DNA of 64,000 bases from Patescibacteria group bacterium (GCA_028688055.1 JAQTYZ010000002.1:68256-132255), one strand, 5' to 3'. Shown: positions 38,211-52,018, numbered from the stretch's first letter. The notes: generated by a model not told the origin, from the letters alone. Program-made: numbers and translations.

Positions 38211-38511
38211 AGTCCCTTCCAATCTAAACCACGCTAAATTTATTCCAGTATCTATTTCATCTGTTGCTTGAAAGCAATAAGTAAGCACATTTGATGCTTA
38301 ACGGCACTTGAGTGGACACTGAACATGGATTCTGAAATAAGTTTAGAAAATCAGTTTACCGTTGAAGTGGTGGATCATTAACAATTCAACAACGCGCATT
38401 TAAATATCTCCAGTATTTAAATGCAAATGTATCAAGCATCTTAAATTAGAAAGTACACCTAGAAGAATAGAAATGACTGACAAGTTATAAATCTTGTCTC
38501 TCAATTCTTGT

Positions 38512-41581
<3,070 letters not shown>

Positions 41582-41698
41582 ACAAGAACTGGGGAAAATA
41601 GCTAATGGCATTTGGCAAATCGCTAATAGCCAATTAGTAATACTCTGAATTAAAATCATTAGAACCTGGATGCCTGGCATTTGGTCGGGCATCTCGTT

Positions 41699-41802
41699 TT
41701 GGTGGTTTTAGCGGTAGGGTCACACCTGTTCCCATCCCGAACACAGCAGTTAAGCCTACCAGCGCCGATGATACTCTTTAGGGGAAAGTAGGTCGCCGCC
41801 AA
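41699..41802 (+). rRNA. rrf: 5S rRNA, short (~104 nt)
   Basis: CACACCTGTTCCCATCCCGAACACAG, GAAAGTAGGTCGCCGCCAA. Confidence 0.95.
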
Positions 41803-41811
41803 TTTATCATC

Positions 41812-41838
41812 AAGTCCCGCCTGATCGCGGGACTTTTT
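41812..41838 (+). terminator. rRNA operon terminator
   Basis: AAGTCCCGC..GCGGGACTTTTT. Confidence 0.85.
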
Positions 41839-41867
41839 GTTTATCATTTTTTTGTTATACTGTTGGT

Positions 41868-42602
41868 ATGAATATTATTGTTGCCAAAAATTACGATGAT
41901 TTATCCGCCCATGCCGCGGCCATCGTTGCTGACCAAATTATTAAAAAACCAAACTCGGTTTTAGGGTTGGCTACTGGCGCGACGCAGCTTGGGTTATATC
42001 AAAAGCTCGTTGAACTTTATCACCAGGGGAGTCTTAGCTTTAGTCAGGTAACAACTTTTAATTTGGATGAGTATTTTGGGCTAGCTAATGATGATTCACA
42101 AAGTTATCATTATTTTATGTTTGAAAATTTTTTTAAACACCTTGATATAAAAAAAGAAAATATTTTTATTCCGGCTGGTTCAATTTCAATGACCGAAGTT
42201 GGACCGTATGGTCAAAAATATGAAGCGGCCATTAAGATTAAGGGTGATCTTGATTTACAAATTTTAGGTATTGGTGAAAATGGTCACATCGGTTTTAATG
42301 AACCGGGTTCTGATTTTAATTCAGTGACTCGTTTGGTTAGTTTGAGTGATAACACTATTAAGGCTAATGCTCGCTTTTTCTCTGCCCCCGAAGCAGTTCC
42401 CCGACAAGCCATCACGATGGGTTTGGCAACTATTATGTCAGCCAGAAAAATTATATTGTTAGCTTCGGGTAAAAGTAAAGCCGCGGCCGTCGCCCAGGCT
42501 TTAAGCGGGGAGGTCAGTGAGGCAGTCCCGGCTTCCGTTTTGCAGCGACACCAAAATCTTACTATTATTTTAGACACCGAGGCAGCGGTAATGGTTAAAT
42601 AA
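41868..42602 (+). CDS. nagB: Glucosamine-6-phosphate deaminase
   Basis: LGLATG, TFNLDEY, LGIGENGHIGFNEP. Confidence 0.96.
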   Translation: MNIIVAKNYDDLSAHAAAIVADQIIKKPNSVLGLATGATQLGLYQKLVELYHQGSLSFSQVTTFNLDEYFGLANDDSQSYHYFMFENFFKHLDIKKENIFIPAGSISMTEVGPYGQKYEAAIKIKGDLDLQILGIGENGHIGFNEPGSDFNSVTRLVSLSDNTIKANARFFSAPEAVPRQAITMGLATIMSARKIILLASGKSKAAAVAQALSGEVSEAVPASVLQRHQNLTIILDTEAAVMVK

Positions 42603-42753
42603 TTTAAAGGTTAAAATTAAGCCGCCAGTGAGCGGTTTTTAGATTTGACTAATTTTAGCTAATAAACTAAGATATTTTATTAATTTAATGAAGTGTGAAA
42701 GATATTGACTTATTAATATGTATGATATAGTATGATAATATGACAACTTTAGT

Positions 42754-42878
42754 TGTCATCCCGAGCTTATTTGCATACCTAATAGTATGCAAATTAGTAG
42801 GCAGACTCGTCAATTAGATAATAATTTAAGAGATTCTGAAACCGCCGCCAGAGCGGGGTAAATAAATTCAGAATGACA
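42754..42878. repeat. GTCAT-type REP pair with nested hairpins
   Basis: TGTCATCCCGAG..; GATTCTGAA..[CCGCCGCCAGAGCGG]..TTCAGAATGACA. Confidence 0.75.
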
Positions 42879-42885
42879 ATTACCA

Positions 42886-43719
42886 ATGGATCGATCACGA
42901 CTGACAATTACTTTAGCTAAAGAAGTCCTCAAGCAACTTGATGGCTTAATTGATGGTGCGCGAATTAGAAATCGTTCGCACGCGATTGAGTATGTCTTGT
43001 TAAAACATTTTGCGCCTAAAATCCGCAAAGCTTTGATTTTGGCCGGCGGTCAGGGATTGAAGATGAGGCCATTTACGTATGAAATGCCTAAGGCGATGAT
43101 TCCGTTAAATGGTCGTCCGGTTTTAGAGCACATCATTGAAAATTTCCGTCGCTATGAGGTGAGAGAATTGGTTATCTCAATTGGCCATCAAGGCAATAAG
43201 ATTAAACAGTATTTTGGTGATGGTTCAAAATTTGGTGTTAAGATTACTTACCTGGAGCAAGGTTTGGCTGAAACGGGAACGGCGGCGCCGATTTTACAGG
43301 CCAAAAAAATAGTCGGTGATAATCCATTTTTTGTGTATTATGCTGATGTGTTAGCCGCCGTGGATCTGGATGATATGGTTGATTTTCATACCTCAAATAA
43401 TGGTTTAGTCACTATGGCTTTAACTTCCGTTAATCGGTCGTCAAATTGGGGTGTCGTTCGCTTGCAGGGCAATCGCGTTTATTCATTTTTGGAAAAACCG
43501 GATCAGCGAAAGAATTTATCAAATATTATTAACGCTGGTTTTTATATTTTTAACCCTAAGATTTTTGATTATCTTAAGCCTGAGACTAAGCGGCTGGAAA
43601 AAGATATTTTTCCAAAATTAGTGGAGCAGCGCAAAATGTTTGGTTATATGTTTGCCGGTCAGTGGTTTGACGTTGGCAATCCGGAGATATATGAGCAGGC
43701 GATTAAGGAATGGAAGTAA
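42886..43719 (+). CDS. Ribbon-helix-helix domain fused to a sugar-phosphate nucleotidyltransferase
   Basis: RLTITL..LD..NRSHAIE; LILAGGQG..PK; FLEKP; WFDVG. Confidence 0.85.
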   Translation: MDRSRLTITLAKEVLKQLDGLIDGARIRNRSHAIEYVLLKHFAPKIRKALILAGGQGLKMRPFTYEMPKAMIPLNGRPVLEHIIENFRRYEVRELVISIGHQGNKIKQYFGDGSKFGVKITYLEQGLAETGTAAPILQAKKIVGDNPFFVYYADVLAAVDLDDMVDFHTSNNGLVTMALTSVNRSSNWGVVRLQGNRVYSFLEKPDQRKNLSNIINAGFYIFNPKIFDYLKPETKRLEKDIFPKLVEQRKMFGYMFAGQWFDVGNPEIYEQAIKEWK

Positions 43720-43826
43720 AATTTATTTTTGAAAGTTGAGGTAAATCGTTAAATTTTTCTTAACGATTTACCTCGTCCTTTGAATGTTGAATCATCCACA
43801 ACCCATAACCCATGGAGGGATTCATA

Positions 43827-44792
43827 ATGAGTGGTTTAGAGCGCTTGAAGCTAACGGGCCGTGTTGAATTGTTGCCATCAGGTTTTTACTCTTCGGTCGT
43901 TCTCGTTGTTGAGAACGGTCACAAAAAGGTGGTGAAGCTTATTAGGAAGCCTGAGTTGAACGAGCAAGCCATTGCTCAGCAGCTTGGTGACGACATCGTC
44001 GCGTACGGCGCAGAATTGTTGCGACGGGGAGTACGTTCACCGCAAGTGAAAGTTCGGTTATTGGGCGACGTCGGCGAAGGCTGGGATGTTGTGGTCGAAG
44101 CCCCATTTCAGGGCACCGATGTGGCACATTTGTTGCTCGAGGCTGATGAGTCGGATTCGGTGCGGCTGACGCGAGGCATGCTGGGCATGATTTCAGCTTT
44201 ATTTGATTATCCGTTGGAAAGTGGCTTTGAGCTACAAATAGGCATTGATCCTAAGCCGGATAACTTCACTGTTTCCGAAACTGGAGAGATGCATTATATT
44301 GACTTGATGCCACCGCGGTATCGACGCGATGGCGTGCCAATTGTTGAATTCCCAGAGCCAACAACGGATATTGGGAAAAAGGTGGCATATTATCGTTACT
44401 ACGATATGCGCGGCATACTGACCGTTCTTAGATCCCAGCTTTGTCGCAATCGTTTTGACCTGAGGCCGTTGTTTCGTCGCCTCATCGCGGAATTTGCCGC
44501 GCAGTACCCTGGTCTTGGCCGTCATATGGGACTCTCCGTCGGGGAAGTCTTTGTGGATGCAAACCTAAGCGGTCGACTTGCTATTATCGAGGCGTTAGCC
44601 GGTGATGATATGTATGCCATGCGTGACATTGTAACGCAATTGGCGTTTGAGAACCCGCTTTATCGGCACCCGTGTATCGACAAGGTATTCCACCTGTCAC
44701 ACTTCTATCAAGAGGCTCCGTCCCCGGAGAATGTTTGTCGGGTTAAGAAAATCCTGCGAGCAATGACTCGTAATGAGTCGGTGGAAGTTTAG
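43827..44792 (+). CDS. Kinase-like hypothetical protein
   Basis: SGFYSSV, VVK, DPKPDNF, YIDL resemble protein-kinase-fold motifs; SD GGAGG. Confidence 0.55.
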   Translation: MSGLERLKLTGRVELLPSGFYSSVVLVVENGHKKVVKLIRKPELNEQAIAQQLGDDIVAYGAELLRRGVRSPQVKVRLLGDVGEGWDVVVEAPFQGTDVAHLLLEADESDSVRLTRGMLGMISALFDYPLESGFELQIGIDPKPDNFTVSETGEMHYIDLMPPRYRRDGVPIVEFPEPTTDIGKKVAYYRYYDMRGILTVLRSQLCRNRFDLRPLFRRLIAEFAAQYPGLGRHMGLSVGEVFVDANLSGRLAIIEALAGDDMYAMRDIVTQLAFENPLYRHPCIDKVFHLSHFYQEAPSPENVCRVKKILRAMTRNESVEV

Positions 44793-44804
44793 TCGGCGAA
44801 CTTG

Positions 44805-45692
44805 TTAAGGGCGCCGATTTTTTTTTATTGTTTTAATAAATGTTTTAAAATTATGTTCGTTTAAACCGCCATCACCCATAGCGATTTCTGGATGATGATG
44901 TTCACCGTGCCAGTCAGAACCACCCGTTATCAACCAATGATGTTTTACTGCTAACTCCTTACAACGATTGCGCATTTCCAGATTATTTTTTGGGGAATAG
45001 ACTTCAATGGCATCAATTTTACTTTTACTAAGCTCACTTATAAGTAATTTAAATTTTTTTTCGCCAATTGTCTGACCGAAACGTTTTACTAATTTTTCTA
45101 AAGTTTCTCCAGGGTGGGCTAGGCTAGCGTAACCATTGGCTTGGTGGATTAATTTAACCGCGGCGCTCGGTAACATTGCCCAATCGCCGTAGGGCACTTG
45201 TGCTACGCCGCCACTATTAAAATACGCGAGGGCTTGTTTTGGCGTTATTTTAAGGCGTTTAGCAATCGTTTTGGCCAAGTCGTATTTAGTCATTGGCAGC
45301 AAAGAATTTTTAGATTTTTTGATAGCACTTATTTTTAGATTTATAATTTTTGTCGCCGCCAATTTTTCAAGCATCATTTTTGCCCGTTGGTTATAGCCGT
45401 TCACCGTTTCAGTTAAGCCCAATTTTAAAATATGTTCATCAAGATTGAGGCTATACCCTAAAATGTGAACCTCAGTGTCAAAAATTTTTGTGCTAATCTC
45501 GACACCTTGAACGTTTAGTATATTAGCCGCCCGAGCGAGACGTTCTTTAAGTTTTAGGCCATACCAAGTATTATGGTCGGTAATTGATATCGCCCGTAAG
45601 CCATTTTTTTTTGCCAATTTTATAACATCCTTAACGGCGTAATCACCATCGGAAAAGTCAGAGTGGGTTTGCATGTCATATTGATATCTCAT
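44805..45692 (-). CDS. PHP-domain metal-dependent phosphoesterase
   Basis: HSDFSDG, ITDHN, GVEIS, LAHP, TGGSDWH. Confidence 0.92.
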   Translation of the reverse strand: MRYQYDMQTHSDFSDGDYAVKDVIKLAKKNGLRAISITDHNTWYGLKLKERLARAANILNVQGVEISTKIFDTEVHILGYSLNLDEHILKLGLTETVNGYNQRAKMMLEKLAATKIINLKISAIKKSKNSLLPMTKYDLAKTIAKRLKITPKQALAYFNSGGVAQVPYGDWAMLPSAAVKLIHQANGYASLAHPGETLEKLVKRFGQTIGEKKFKLLISELSKSKIDAIEVYSPKNNLEMRNRCKELAVKHHWLITGGSDWHGEHHHPEIAMGDGGLNEHNFKTFIKTIKKNRRP

Positions 45693-45719
45693 AAGATTAT
45701 TATAATACTTTTTAACTAT

Positions 45720-46496
45720 CTAATCAGTAATCTCAACTATTAATGGAAAGTGATCCGAAGAATGGTTGGTTAATTTATTTTTTATAATTTTAGCGTCCTT
45801 AATTTGTTTGGCCAGTTCGGGCGTAACAAAAGCGTAATCTAGGCGAAGTTTTGTCGCGTGGTCGACATCCGTGCAAATATCGGTTGGAACGGAGTAGTAA
45901 ACAGTTGCCCCATGATGAAATTTTTTTGTAATATCAATCAAGCCGCTTTTTAGGATTTTTTTGATTACTTTTTTTTCAATTGATTGGCTGCCAAATTTTG
46001 TAATATTTTTTTCTTGAAACTTTTTTAGCAATTTTTTGTCATTATAATTATCCTGGGGTGACAGCGAATTGAAGTCACCCAAAATAATTGCCCTTTTCTG
46101 GTGACCTATTTGGTTGATGATTTTTTCAGCTTCGTCGATTCGGATTGTTTCTTTTTTAGGACTGAGATGGACGCCAAAAATTTCAAGCTTATTTTCAAAA
46201 TTTGCTTCGATCACTGAGTGATGAAAACCTTTATTGGTTGAGCTGATTTTTTTAGGTTTGGTTTTTGATAGCAAGGCCAAATTATGTTTTGTGTTTGATT
46301 TAGCTAAAAATTTATATTTGAACGAAGTTTTTTTGGCGAAATCAGCTAAATCTTGTTGCTGCCAACTCCAAGCTTCCAAAATAATGGCAACGTCCGGATT
46401 AATTTCTTTTATCACGCGAGTAATTTTTGGCCACCGACCGCGAGGATTATTTTTAGTTCGGCCGCCATGGTCAATGTTGTATAGCAGTATGCGCAT
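45720..46496 (-). CDS. Endonuclease/exonuclease/phosphatase family protein
   Basis: YNI, GDFN, RLDY, SDHFP. Confidence 0.9.
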   Translation of the reverse strand: MRILLYNIDHGGRTKNNPRGRWPKITRVIKEINPDVAIILEAWSWQQQDLADFAKKTSFKYKFLAKSNTKHNLALLSKTKPKKISSTNKGFHHSVIEANFENKLEIFGVHLSPKKETIRIDEAEKIINQIGHQKRAIILGDFNSLSPQDNYNDKKLLKKFQEKNITKFGSQSIEKKVIKKILKSGLIDITKKFHHGATVYYSVPTDICTDVDHATKLRLDYAFVTPELAKQIKDAKIIKNKLTNHSSDHFPLIVEITD

Positions 46497-46705
46497 TGAA
46501 GGTAAAAATGATTGTTTTTAGTAGTAGCTTAGTAATTGAATTGTATTTCAATATGAACCATTTGTCAAAGTTTTATATATATTTTTTGACACCTTAAATG
46601 ATGTAAATTGGCTAATTTTAGCCAATTTAATAATTTATACATATATAGTGCAGGAAAAAAATTGACAAACATCGTCTATAGTATATAATATCTTTATTGA
46701 ACAGT

Positions 46706-47443
46706 ATGATTGAAACTATTCTCCAAAAATTTGGTTTAAGTGATAAAGAGATTAAGATTTATATGACTTCAATCAAAATCGGGCCAGCTTCGGTTCGTCG
46801 GCTAGCGGGCGCTGCCGGGGTTAATCGAGGCACGGCTTACGATATCTTGAAATCTTTAGTGGAGTCCGGTTTAATCAGTTATTATCACAAAGAAAAGAAT
46901 CAATATTTTATCGCCGAAGATCCGTCAAAACTTAAGGACGTTTTGGAATACAAACAGCAACAGCTGGAAAAAATGAAAGGGGAAGTTGACGATATCATTC
47001 CTCAGTTGCGCTCAATTTATGATAATGCTAACGCCAAGCCGGTGGTCAAGTTTTATGAAGGGCTGACTGGTATTAAAACAATTTTGGCTGATGTGATTGA
47101 TTCGGTTTCACGCCAGGATAAAAAAGTTTATTATGCTTTTTCTTCCGCCGACATTAAAAATTATTTATACGCGGCTTACCCATCGTATTCCGATGACCGC
47201 ATTGAGGCGGGAGTCAATGTCAAAGTCATTTCACTCGGACCCGGTGGCGAGATGCGCGGATTAGATGAGCGCAAGTGGTTGATTAAAGATAACAGTGCGC
47301 CAACTTATACCTTAATTTATTCAGGCAAAGTGGCGATGATTTCAGTCGACAAGGATGATAAGCCGATCGGCGTTTTAATTGAAGATAAAAATATTTATGA
47401 TACGCAAAAAATAACTTTTGAACTCATTTGGGAAAAACTTTAA
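46706..47443 (+). CDS. TrmB-family transcriptional regulator
   Basis: FGLSDKEIKIY, RGTAYDILKSL, PVVKFYEG. Confidence 0.9.
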   Translation: MIETILQKFGLSDKEIKIYMTSIKIGPASVRRLAGAAGVNRGTAYDILKSLVESGLISYYHKEKNQYFIAEDPSKLKDVLEYKQQQLEKMKGEVDDIIPQLRSIYDNANAKPVVKFYEGLTGIKTILADVIDSVSRQDKKVYYAFSSADIKNYLYAAYPSYSDDRIEAGVNVKVISLGPGGEMRGLDERKWLIKDNSAPTYTLIYSGKVAMISVDKDDKPIGVLIEDKNIYDTQKITFELIWEKL

Positions 47444-47444
47444 T

Positions 47445-48194
47445 ATGGATAAAATTCAAATAATAATTTTAGCCGCCGGACACGGCCGACGAATGAATAA
47501 TGAAAGCTTGCCCAAGGCGCTGACACCTTTAAAGGGTAAGCCGTTAATCATTTGGTTAGCAGAAGCGATTAAAAAATCCGGCGTTTGTGAACGACCAGTC
47601 ATTGTCGTTGGACAAAAATCGGAAATGGTTAAAGCAACTTTAGGCCAAGACTATACGTATGTGACGCAATCAGAACAACTAGGAACCGGTCACGCCGTAA
47701 TGGTGGCGCGCGGCGAACTCGAAGGCAAAGCGGAAAACATTATGGTGCTTTATGGCGATCATCCGTTGGTTAGCAGTGAAACAATCAAAAAATTAACCCA
47801 AGCCCACCTTGACTCTGGTAACGTTCTAACGATGGCAACGGTAAAAATCGAAGACTTTAATGACTGGCGGAAAAGTTTTAGTGATTTTGGCCGCATCACC
47901 CGCGCTAGCGACGGTACCATCTCGGCTATTATTGAGGCCAAAGATGCTAGTGTTGAGCAAAAAAATATTTTAGAAGTTAACCCAAGCTATTTTGTTTTCC
48001 GGGCCGATTGGCTGTGGCAGAATTTGGCAAAGCTTAAAAGTGATAATGTTCAGCATGAATATTACCTGACTGATTTGCCAAAAATTGCAGTGAGTGAAAA
48101 TGAAAAAATTACTTCAGTGGAAATCGATCCGCGCGAGGCGTTGGGTGTAAATACCGTTGAGCAGTTAGATTTAGTTGATAACAATTTAAAATAG
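47445..48194 (+). CDS. GlmU-like nucleotidyltransferase, N-terminal domain only
   Basis: LAAGHGRRM..PK, QLGTGHAV, LYGD, EYYLTD. Confidence 0.9.
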   Translation: MDKIQIIILAAGHGRRMNNESLPKALTPLKGKPLIIWLAEAIKKSGVCERPVIVVGQKSEMVKATLGQDYTYVTQSEQLGTGHAVMVARGELEGKAENIMVLYGDHPLVSSETIKKLTQAHLDSGNVLTMATVKIEDFNDWRKSFSDFGRITRASDGTISAIIEAKDASVEQKNILEVNPSYFVFRADWLWQNLAKLKSDNVQHEYYLTDLPKIAVSENEKITSVEIDPREALGVNTVEQLDLVDNNLK

Positions 48195-48304
48195 GATGAT
48201 TATATTTACTTAGAGTTTTTAGGTCTCGAATGGCTGATGATAGAGGAATGAGTCAATTGATTTATTCCCGTGTCATTATTTGAAGATCAGACTTATTGGG
48301 AGGA

Positions 48305-49060
48305 ATGGTGATGGCGATTGAACCTTTAAGGGTAGTTATTTTGGCTGGTGGGCTTGGCAAAAGAATGGGCCTATCGTTGCCAAAGGCTTTGGTACCGCTG
48401 AATAATCGGCCGATGATCAGTTATCTGCTTGATGCCGTTAAGGCCTCGGGTGTTTGTGGCCGACCACTCGTGGTTTCCGGTCAGAAGGCGGAACTTCTTG
48501 AGAGCGCCTATGGCGATCAGTGTGACTTTGTAAGACAGCATGAACAGTTAGGAACTGGCCATGCTGTAGGTTGCACTGAAGCGATGTTGCGAAATGTCGC
48601 AGAGAGCATCATGGTTTTATACTGCGATATGCCAACCTTGAAACCCGAAACGATTGCTCGTTTATTCAACGCACATCAATCAGCTTGTGCCGACCTGACT
48701 ATGGCAACGGTAATGGCCCCTGATTACTTGGACTGGCGTTCGGCCTTGTTTAATTACGGCAGGGTCATTCGTGATAAACACGGAGATGTCTGTCGTATCG
48801 TCGAAATCAAAGACGCCGACATGGAACAGCAAGCGTTGCAAGAGGTTAATCCAAGCTACTTTGTCTTTCGAGCTGAGTGGCTATGGAATAATATTGGTCA
48901 GGTGCAAAACGACAATGCACAAGGGGAGTACTACCTAACCGACTTACTTGGCCTGGCGTTTAGTCAGGGTCGCAAAATTGTTTCGGTTCCAATTGAACCA
49001 GTAGAAGCGGTCGGGGCAAATAGCATTGATGAGTTTAGGCAACTTGCCAAACTTCTTTAA
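48305..49060 (+). CDS. Second GlmU-like nucleotidyltransferase, tandem paralog
   Basis: LAGGLGKRM..PK, QLGTGHAV, EYYLTD; GC-richer, own SD. Confidence 0.9.
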   Translation: MVMAIEPLRVVILAGGLGKRMGLSLPKALVPLNNRPMISYLLDAVKASGVCGRPLVVSGQKAELLESAYGDQCDFVRQHEQLGTGHAVGCTEAMLRNVAESIMVLYCDMPTLKPETIARLFNAHQSACADLTMATVMAPDYLDWRSALFNYGRVIRDKHGDVCRIVEIKDADMEQQALQEVNPSYFVFRAEWLWNNIGQVQNDNAQGEYYLTDLLGLAFSQGRKIVSVPIEPVEAVGANSIDEFRQLAKLL

Positions 49061-49097
49061 CAGGGGCGACTCTGTCGTCCCTGCTTTATTTTTTTAG

Positions 49098-49718
49098 ATG
49101 ATCATACTAGATTTAGACAATACCATATTTAATACGCCATTACTTAAAGAGGATATTTATTATTCATTTAAGGTTTTTGGCATTTCTGATGAATTATTTT
49201 TTACTACGTTAAAAGCAGCTTATGATGTTGATCAAGAGAACAAAAATTGTTATAGCCCAAAAAGACACGCAAAATTATTATTTGATACTAAGGAAAAGGC
49301 AGAACGAGCTGTTGCCAAACTATTTCAAGTCATGGAAGAACGTGGGCATACCTATTTGTATTCTGATGTCAAAGAAACTTTAGTAGAAAATAAAAAAAAT
49401 GGGGTTAAACTAATTTTATTAACTCAAGGCGATGAGTTTTTTCAAAAGAAAAAGATTGAAGTTAGTGGCATTAGCGATTTATTTGATGACATCATTATTG
49501 TTCAGGACGGGAAAAGTGCGATGGCTGAATTATTACCCCTCGAAGATATTAGGTTGGCTGTTAATGATCGACACGATGAGCTAGAGAAAATGCATAAACT
49601 GTTTCCGCGTGCCCGATGCGTTGAGATTCAACGTTCGGGGACGCGGGCAACGGTTTCGAAACCGTGGCCTGTGGTCAGCACGATTGCTGACGCAATATTG
49701 TACTTCAACAAACAGTAG
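49098..49718 (+). CDS. HAD-superfamily hydrolase
   Basis: DLDNT, LLTQG..QKKKI. Confidence 0.85.
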   Translation: MIILDLDNTIFNTPLLKEDIYYSFKVFGISDELFFTTLKAAYDVDQENKNCYSPKRHAKLLFDTKEKAERAVAKLFQVMEERGHTYLYSDVKETLVENKKNGVKLILLTQGDEFFQKKKIEVSGISDLFDDIIIVQDGKSAMAELLPLEDIRLAVNDRHDELEKMHKLFPRARCVEIQRSGTRATVSKPWPVVSTIADAILYFNKQ

Positions 49719-49746
49719 CAAGGCAAACTTGCTGGGAGGGAAATAG

Positions 49747-50673
49747 ATGCGTGATGTAGTGGTTGGGTTCTCCTTAAACCCTGAGATCTACTGGACAGGA
49801 ATTCCAGTTCAGTCCGGGATGTTGGCCGGCCAGAAGGTGTCAGCCCAAGCCAGCTGGAGTGTTTCTGGCACGTCGTTTGATGTCGCTTGGGCGTTGCTCC
49901 AAAGTGGCTGCACGCCGTTGCTGCTTGGTGCAGTTGGCGCTGATGACCCGCTTAACCGGGTTATCGAACAACGACTCGGTGAGATCAATATGCCTCACCA
50001 GTTACTCGGCGTGCGCGAGCATACCTGTCTGGCGTCCATTGAACCAGAACATGAACGGCACTTGTCGTTCAAGTCACCGGTCGTCACGGTTGATACCGCG
50101 GCCATCAAGTTGGTCATCGAACAGGAGCAACCGAAATTTCGGGTGGTGACTGGTTTGATGCCTGATGAAAACGAGATTGTGCTAGCCCAGACTTTGCTGG
50201 CGCCCAATGGTGGTATTCGCATCCTCAATCCGCGGCAGGCGTTGACTGGCAATCGGCCGGTATTCAAGGAGATTGTTCAATCGGCCGACTGGCTCTTCAT
50301 GAATCGGTTTGAAGCTGCCGAATTCCTCGAGGTTGGATCGGGTGATCTGCAGTTGTCAATGCTTGAACAGTTCCTTGAGTTGGGACCAAGTCTCGTGGTC
50401 GTCACGATGGATGGCGACGGATCGTTCGCTCTCAGTCGTGAAGGCTTGACAGTGTCAATGCCCTCGCATATTCATGGGCCTAAGGTTGATGAGAAGGGAG
50501 CAGGTGACTGTCTACTCGGTTTCTTCATTGCAGCCACCCTGAAAGGGTGCTCCCCTGAAGATGCGCTTCGCATGGCGACTGTTGCCGCCGGAATTAAGGT
50601 GACCCGTATGGGTACCACCAACATTCCGTCCATGGCCGAAGTCATGGAAGTTGTGAGTCATTATGAGGTGTAA
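49747..50673 (+). CDS. PfkB-family carbohydrate kinase
   Basis: GAVGADD, NRFEA, VTMDGDG, DEKGAGD. Confidence 0.88.
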   Translation: MRDVVVGFSLNPEIYWTGIPVQSGMLAGQKVSAQASWSVSGTSFDVAWALLQSGCTPLLLGAVGADDPLNRVIEQRLGEINMPHQLLGVREHTCLASIEPEHERHLSFKSPVVTVDTAAIKLVIEQEQPKFRVVTGLMPDENEIVLAQTLLAPNGGIRILNPRQALTGNRPVFKEIVQSADWLFMNRFEAAEFLEVGSGDLQLSMLEQFLELGPSLVVVTMDGDGSFALSREGLTVSMPSHIHGPKVDEKGAGDCLLGFFIAATLKGCSPEDALRMATVAAGIKVTRMGTTNIPSMAEVMEVVSHYEV

Positions 50674-50734
50674 GGCTACGGTCTTGCCCTCTTTTTTTGT
50701 CCGAAATTGAGTAAAGTGTTAAAATACTTTAACT

Positions 50735-52018
50735 ATGCGAGTAATTGCCGATTTACACATCCATTCAAAATTTTCCCGCGCTTGTTCCAAGGACTTAGAT
50801 TTGGAACATAATGATCTTTGGGCGCGAAAAAAGGGGATTGATATTGTCGGGACCGGTGATTTTACCCATCCGGGCTGGATCAAGGAGCTGCAGGAAAAGT
50901 TAATTGAAGAAAAACCGGGGCTATATAAATTGAAAGGCAACCACCTTCGCCAAGGCTCCGGCGGTCAGGCTGCCGGTAAAGTGCTTTTTATGTTAACGAC
51001 TGAATTAAGTTGTATTTATTCTCAGGGCGGCAAGGTTCGACGAATTCATTTGTGCGTTTTTGTTCCGGATTTTGTCACCGTCGAAAAAATTAATACGGCC
51101 TTGGAAAATAAAGGTGTAAATTTAAAATCAGATGGCCGGCCGATTATGGGTTTGCACGCTGATGAACTGACCAAAATAATTATTGATGCTAATCCTGAAT
51201 CTTTGGTTATTCCAGCACACGCTTGGACACCCTGGTTTTCTGTTTTTGGTTCTAACTCAGGCTTTGATACTTTGGAAGAGTGTTTTGGCGCTATGACGCC
51301 ATATATTTATGCCATTGAAACCGGGTTATCATCTGATCCGCCAATGAATTGGCGACTCTCAGCCCTGGATCAGATCACTCTCATTTCAAATTCTGATGCC
51401 CATTCATCGCCCAACTTAGGACGGGAAGCGAATGTTTTTGAAATTGCCGAAAGCAAATTAAGTTATCGTGAAATACGGCGCATTATAAAAAGTAAAGATC
51501 AGAAAAGTTTTTTGTCTACCATTGAATTTTTTCCCGAAGAGGGCAAATATCATTTTGATGGTCATCGCGCCTGTAACGTCAGGCTGTCGCCCGCCGAAAG
51601 TAAAAAACATAAAAATATCTGCCCGGTCTGTAAAAAACCGCTCACGATTGGGGTGATGAATCGGGTTGAGATTTTAGCTGATCGAGCGGAAGGCTATCAA
51701 AATAATTTTATTCCGTTCAAGAGTATTGTTCCGTTGCCGGAAATTATGGCTGAAGTTTTTGAAGTGGGGAAGGGAAGTAAAAAGGTAATGGCTGAATATG
51801 AAAATATGCTAAAAAAAGGGGGTAATGAGTTTAAAATTTTGCTTGATTTACCCATTTCTGAACTGGAAAAGTTTGCCCTGCCGCCAGTCGTTATGGCGAT
51901 CAAAAATATTCGTGGTGGGCTGGTTAAAGCTGTTGCTGGCTATGATGGTGTTTATGGTGTCATTAGTGCCCTTGGCAGCGATCGACGCTGCCAAAGTCAT
52001 CAGCCGACGTTACTATAA
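50735..52018 (+). CDS. Endonuclease Q-family / PHP-like protein
   Basis: ADLHIHSKFSRA, GTGDFTHP, PAHAWTP, SNSDAH, GKYH..GHRAC..CPVC, GYDG. Confidence 0.88.
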   Translation: MRVIADLHIHSKFSRACSKDLDLEHNDLWARKKGIDIVGTGDFTHPGWIKELQEKLIEEKPGLYKLKGNHLRQGSGGQAAGKVLFMLTTELSCIYSQGGKVRRIHLCVFVPDFVTVEKINTALENKGVNLKSDGRPIMGLHADELTKIIIDANPESLVIPAHAWTPWFSVFGSNSGFDTLEECFGAMTPYIYAIETGLSSDPPMNWRLSALDQITLISNSDAHSSPNLGREANVFEIAESKLSYREIRRIIKSKDQKSFLSTIEFFPEEGKYHFDGHRACNVRLSPAESKKHKNICPVCKKPLTIGVMNRVEILADRAEGYQNNFIPFKSIVPLPEIMAEVFEVGKGSKKVMAEYENMLKKGGNEFKILLDLPISELEKFALPPVVMAIKNIRGGLVKAVAGYDGVYGVISALGSDRRCQSHQPTLL

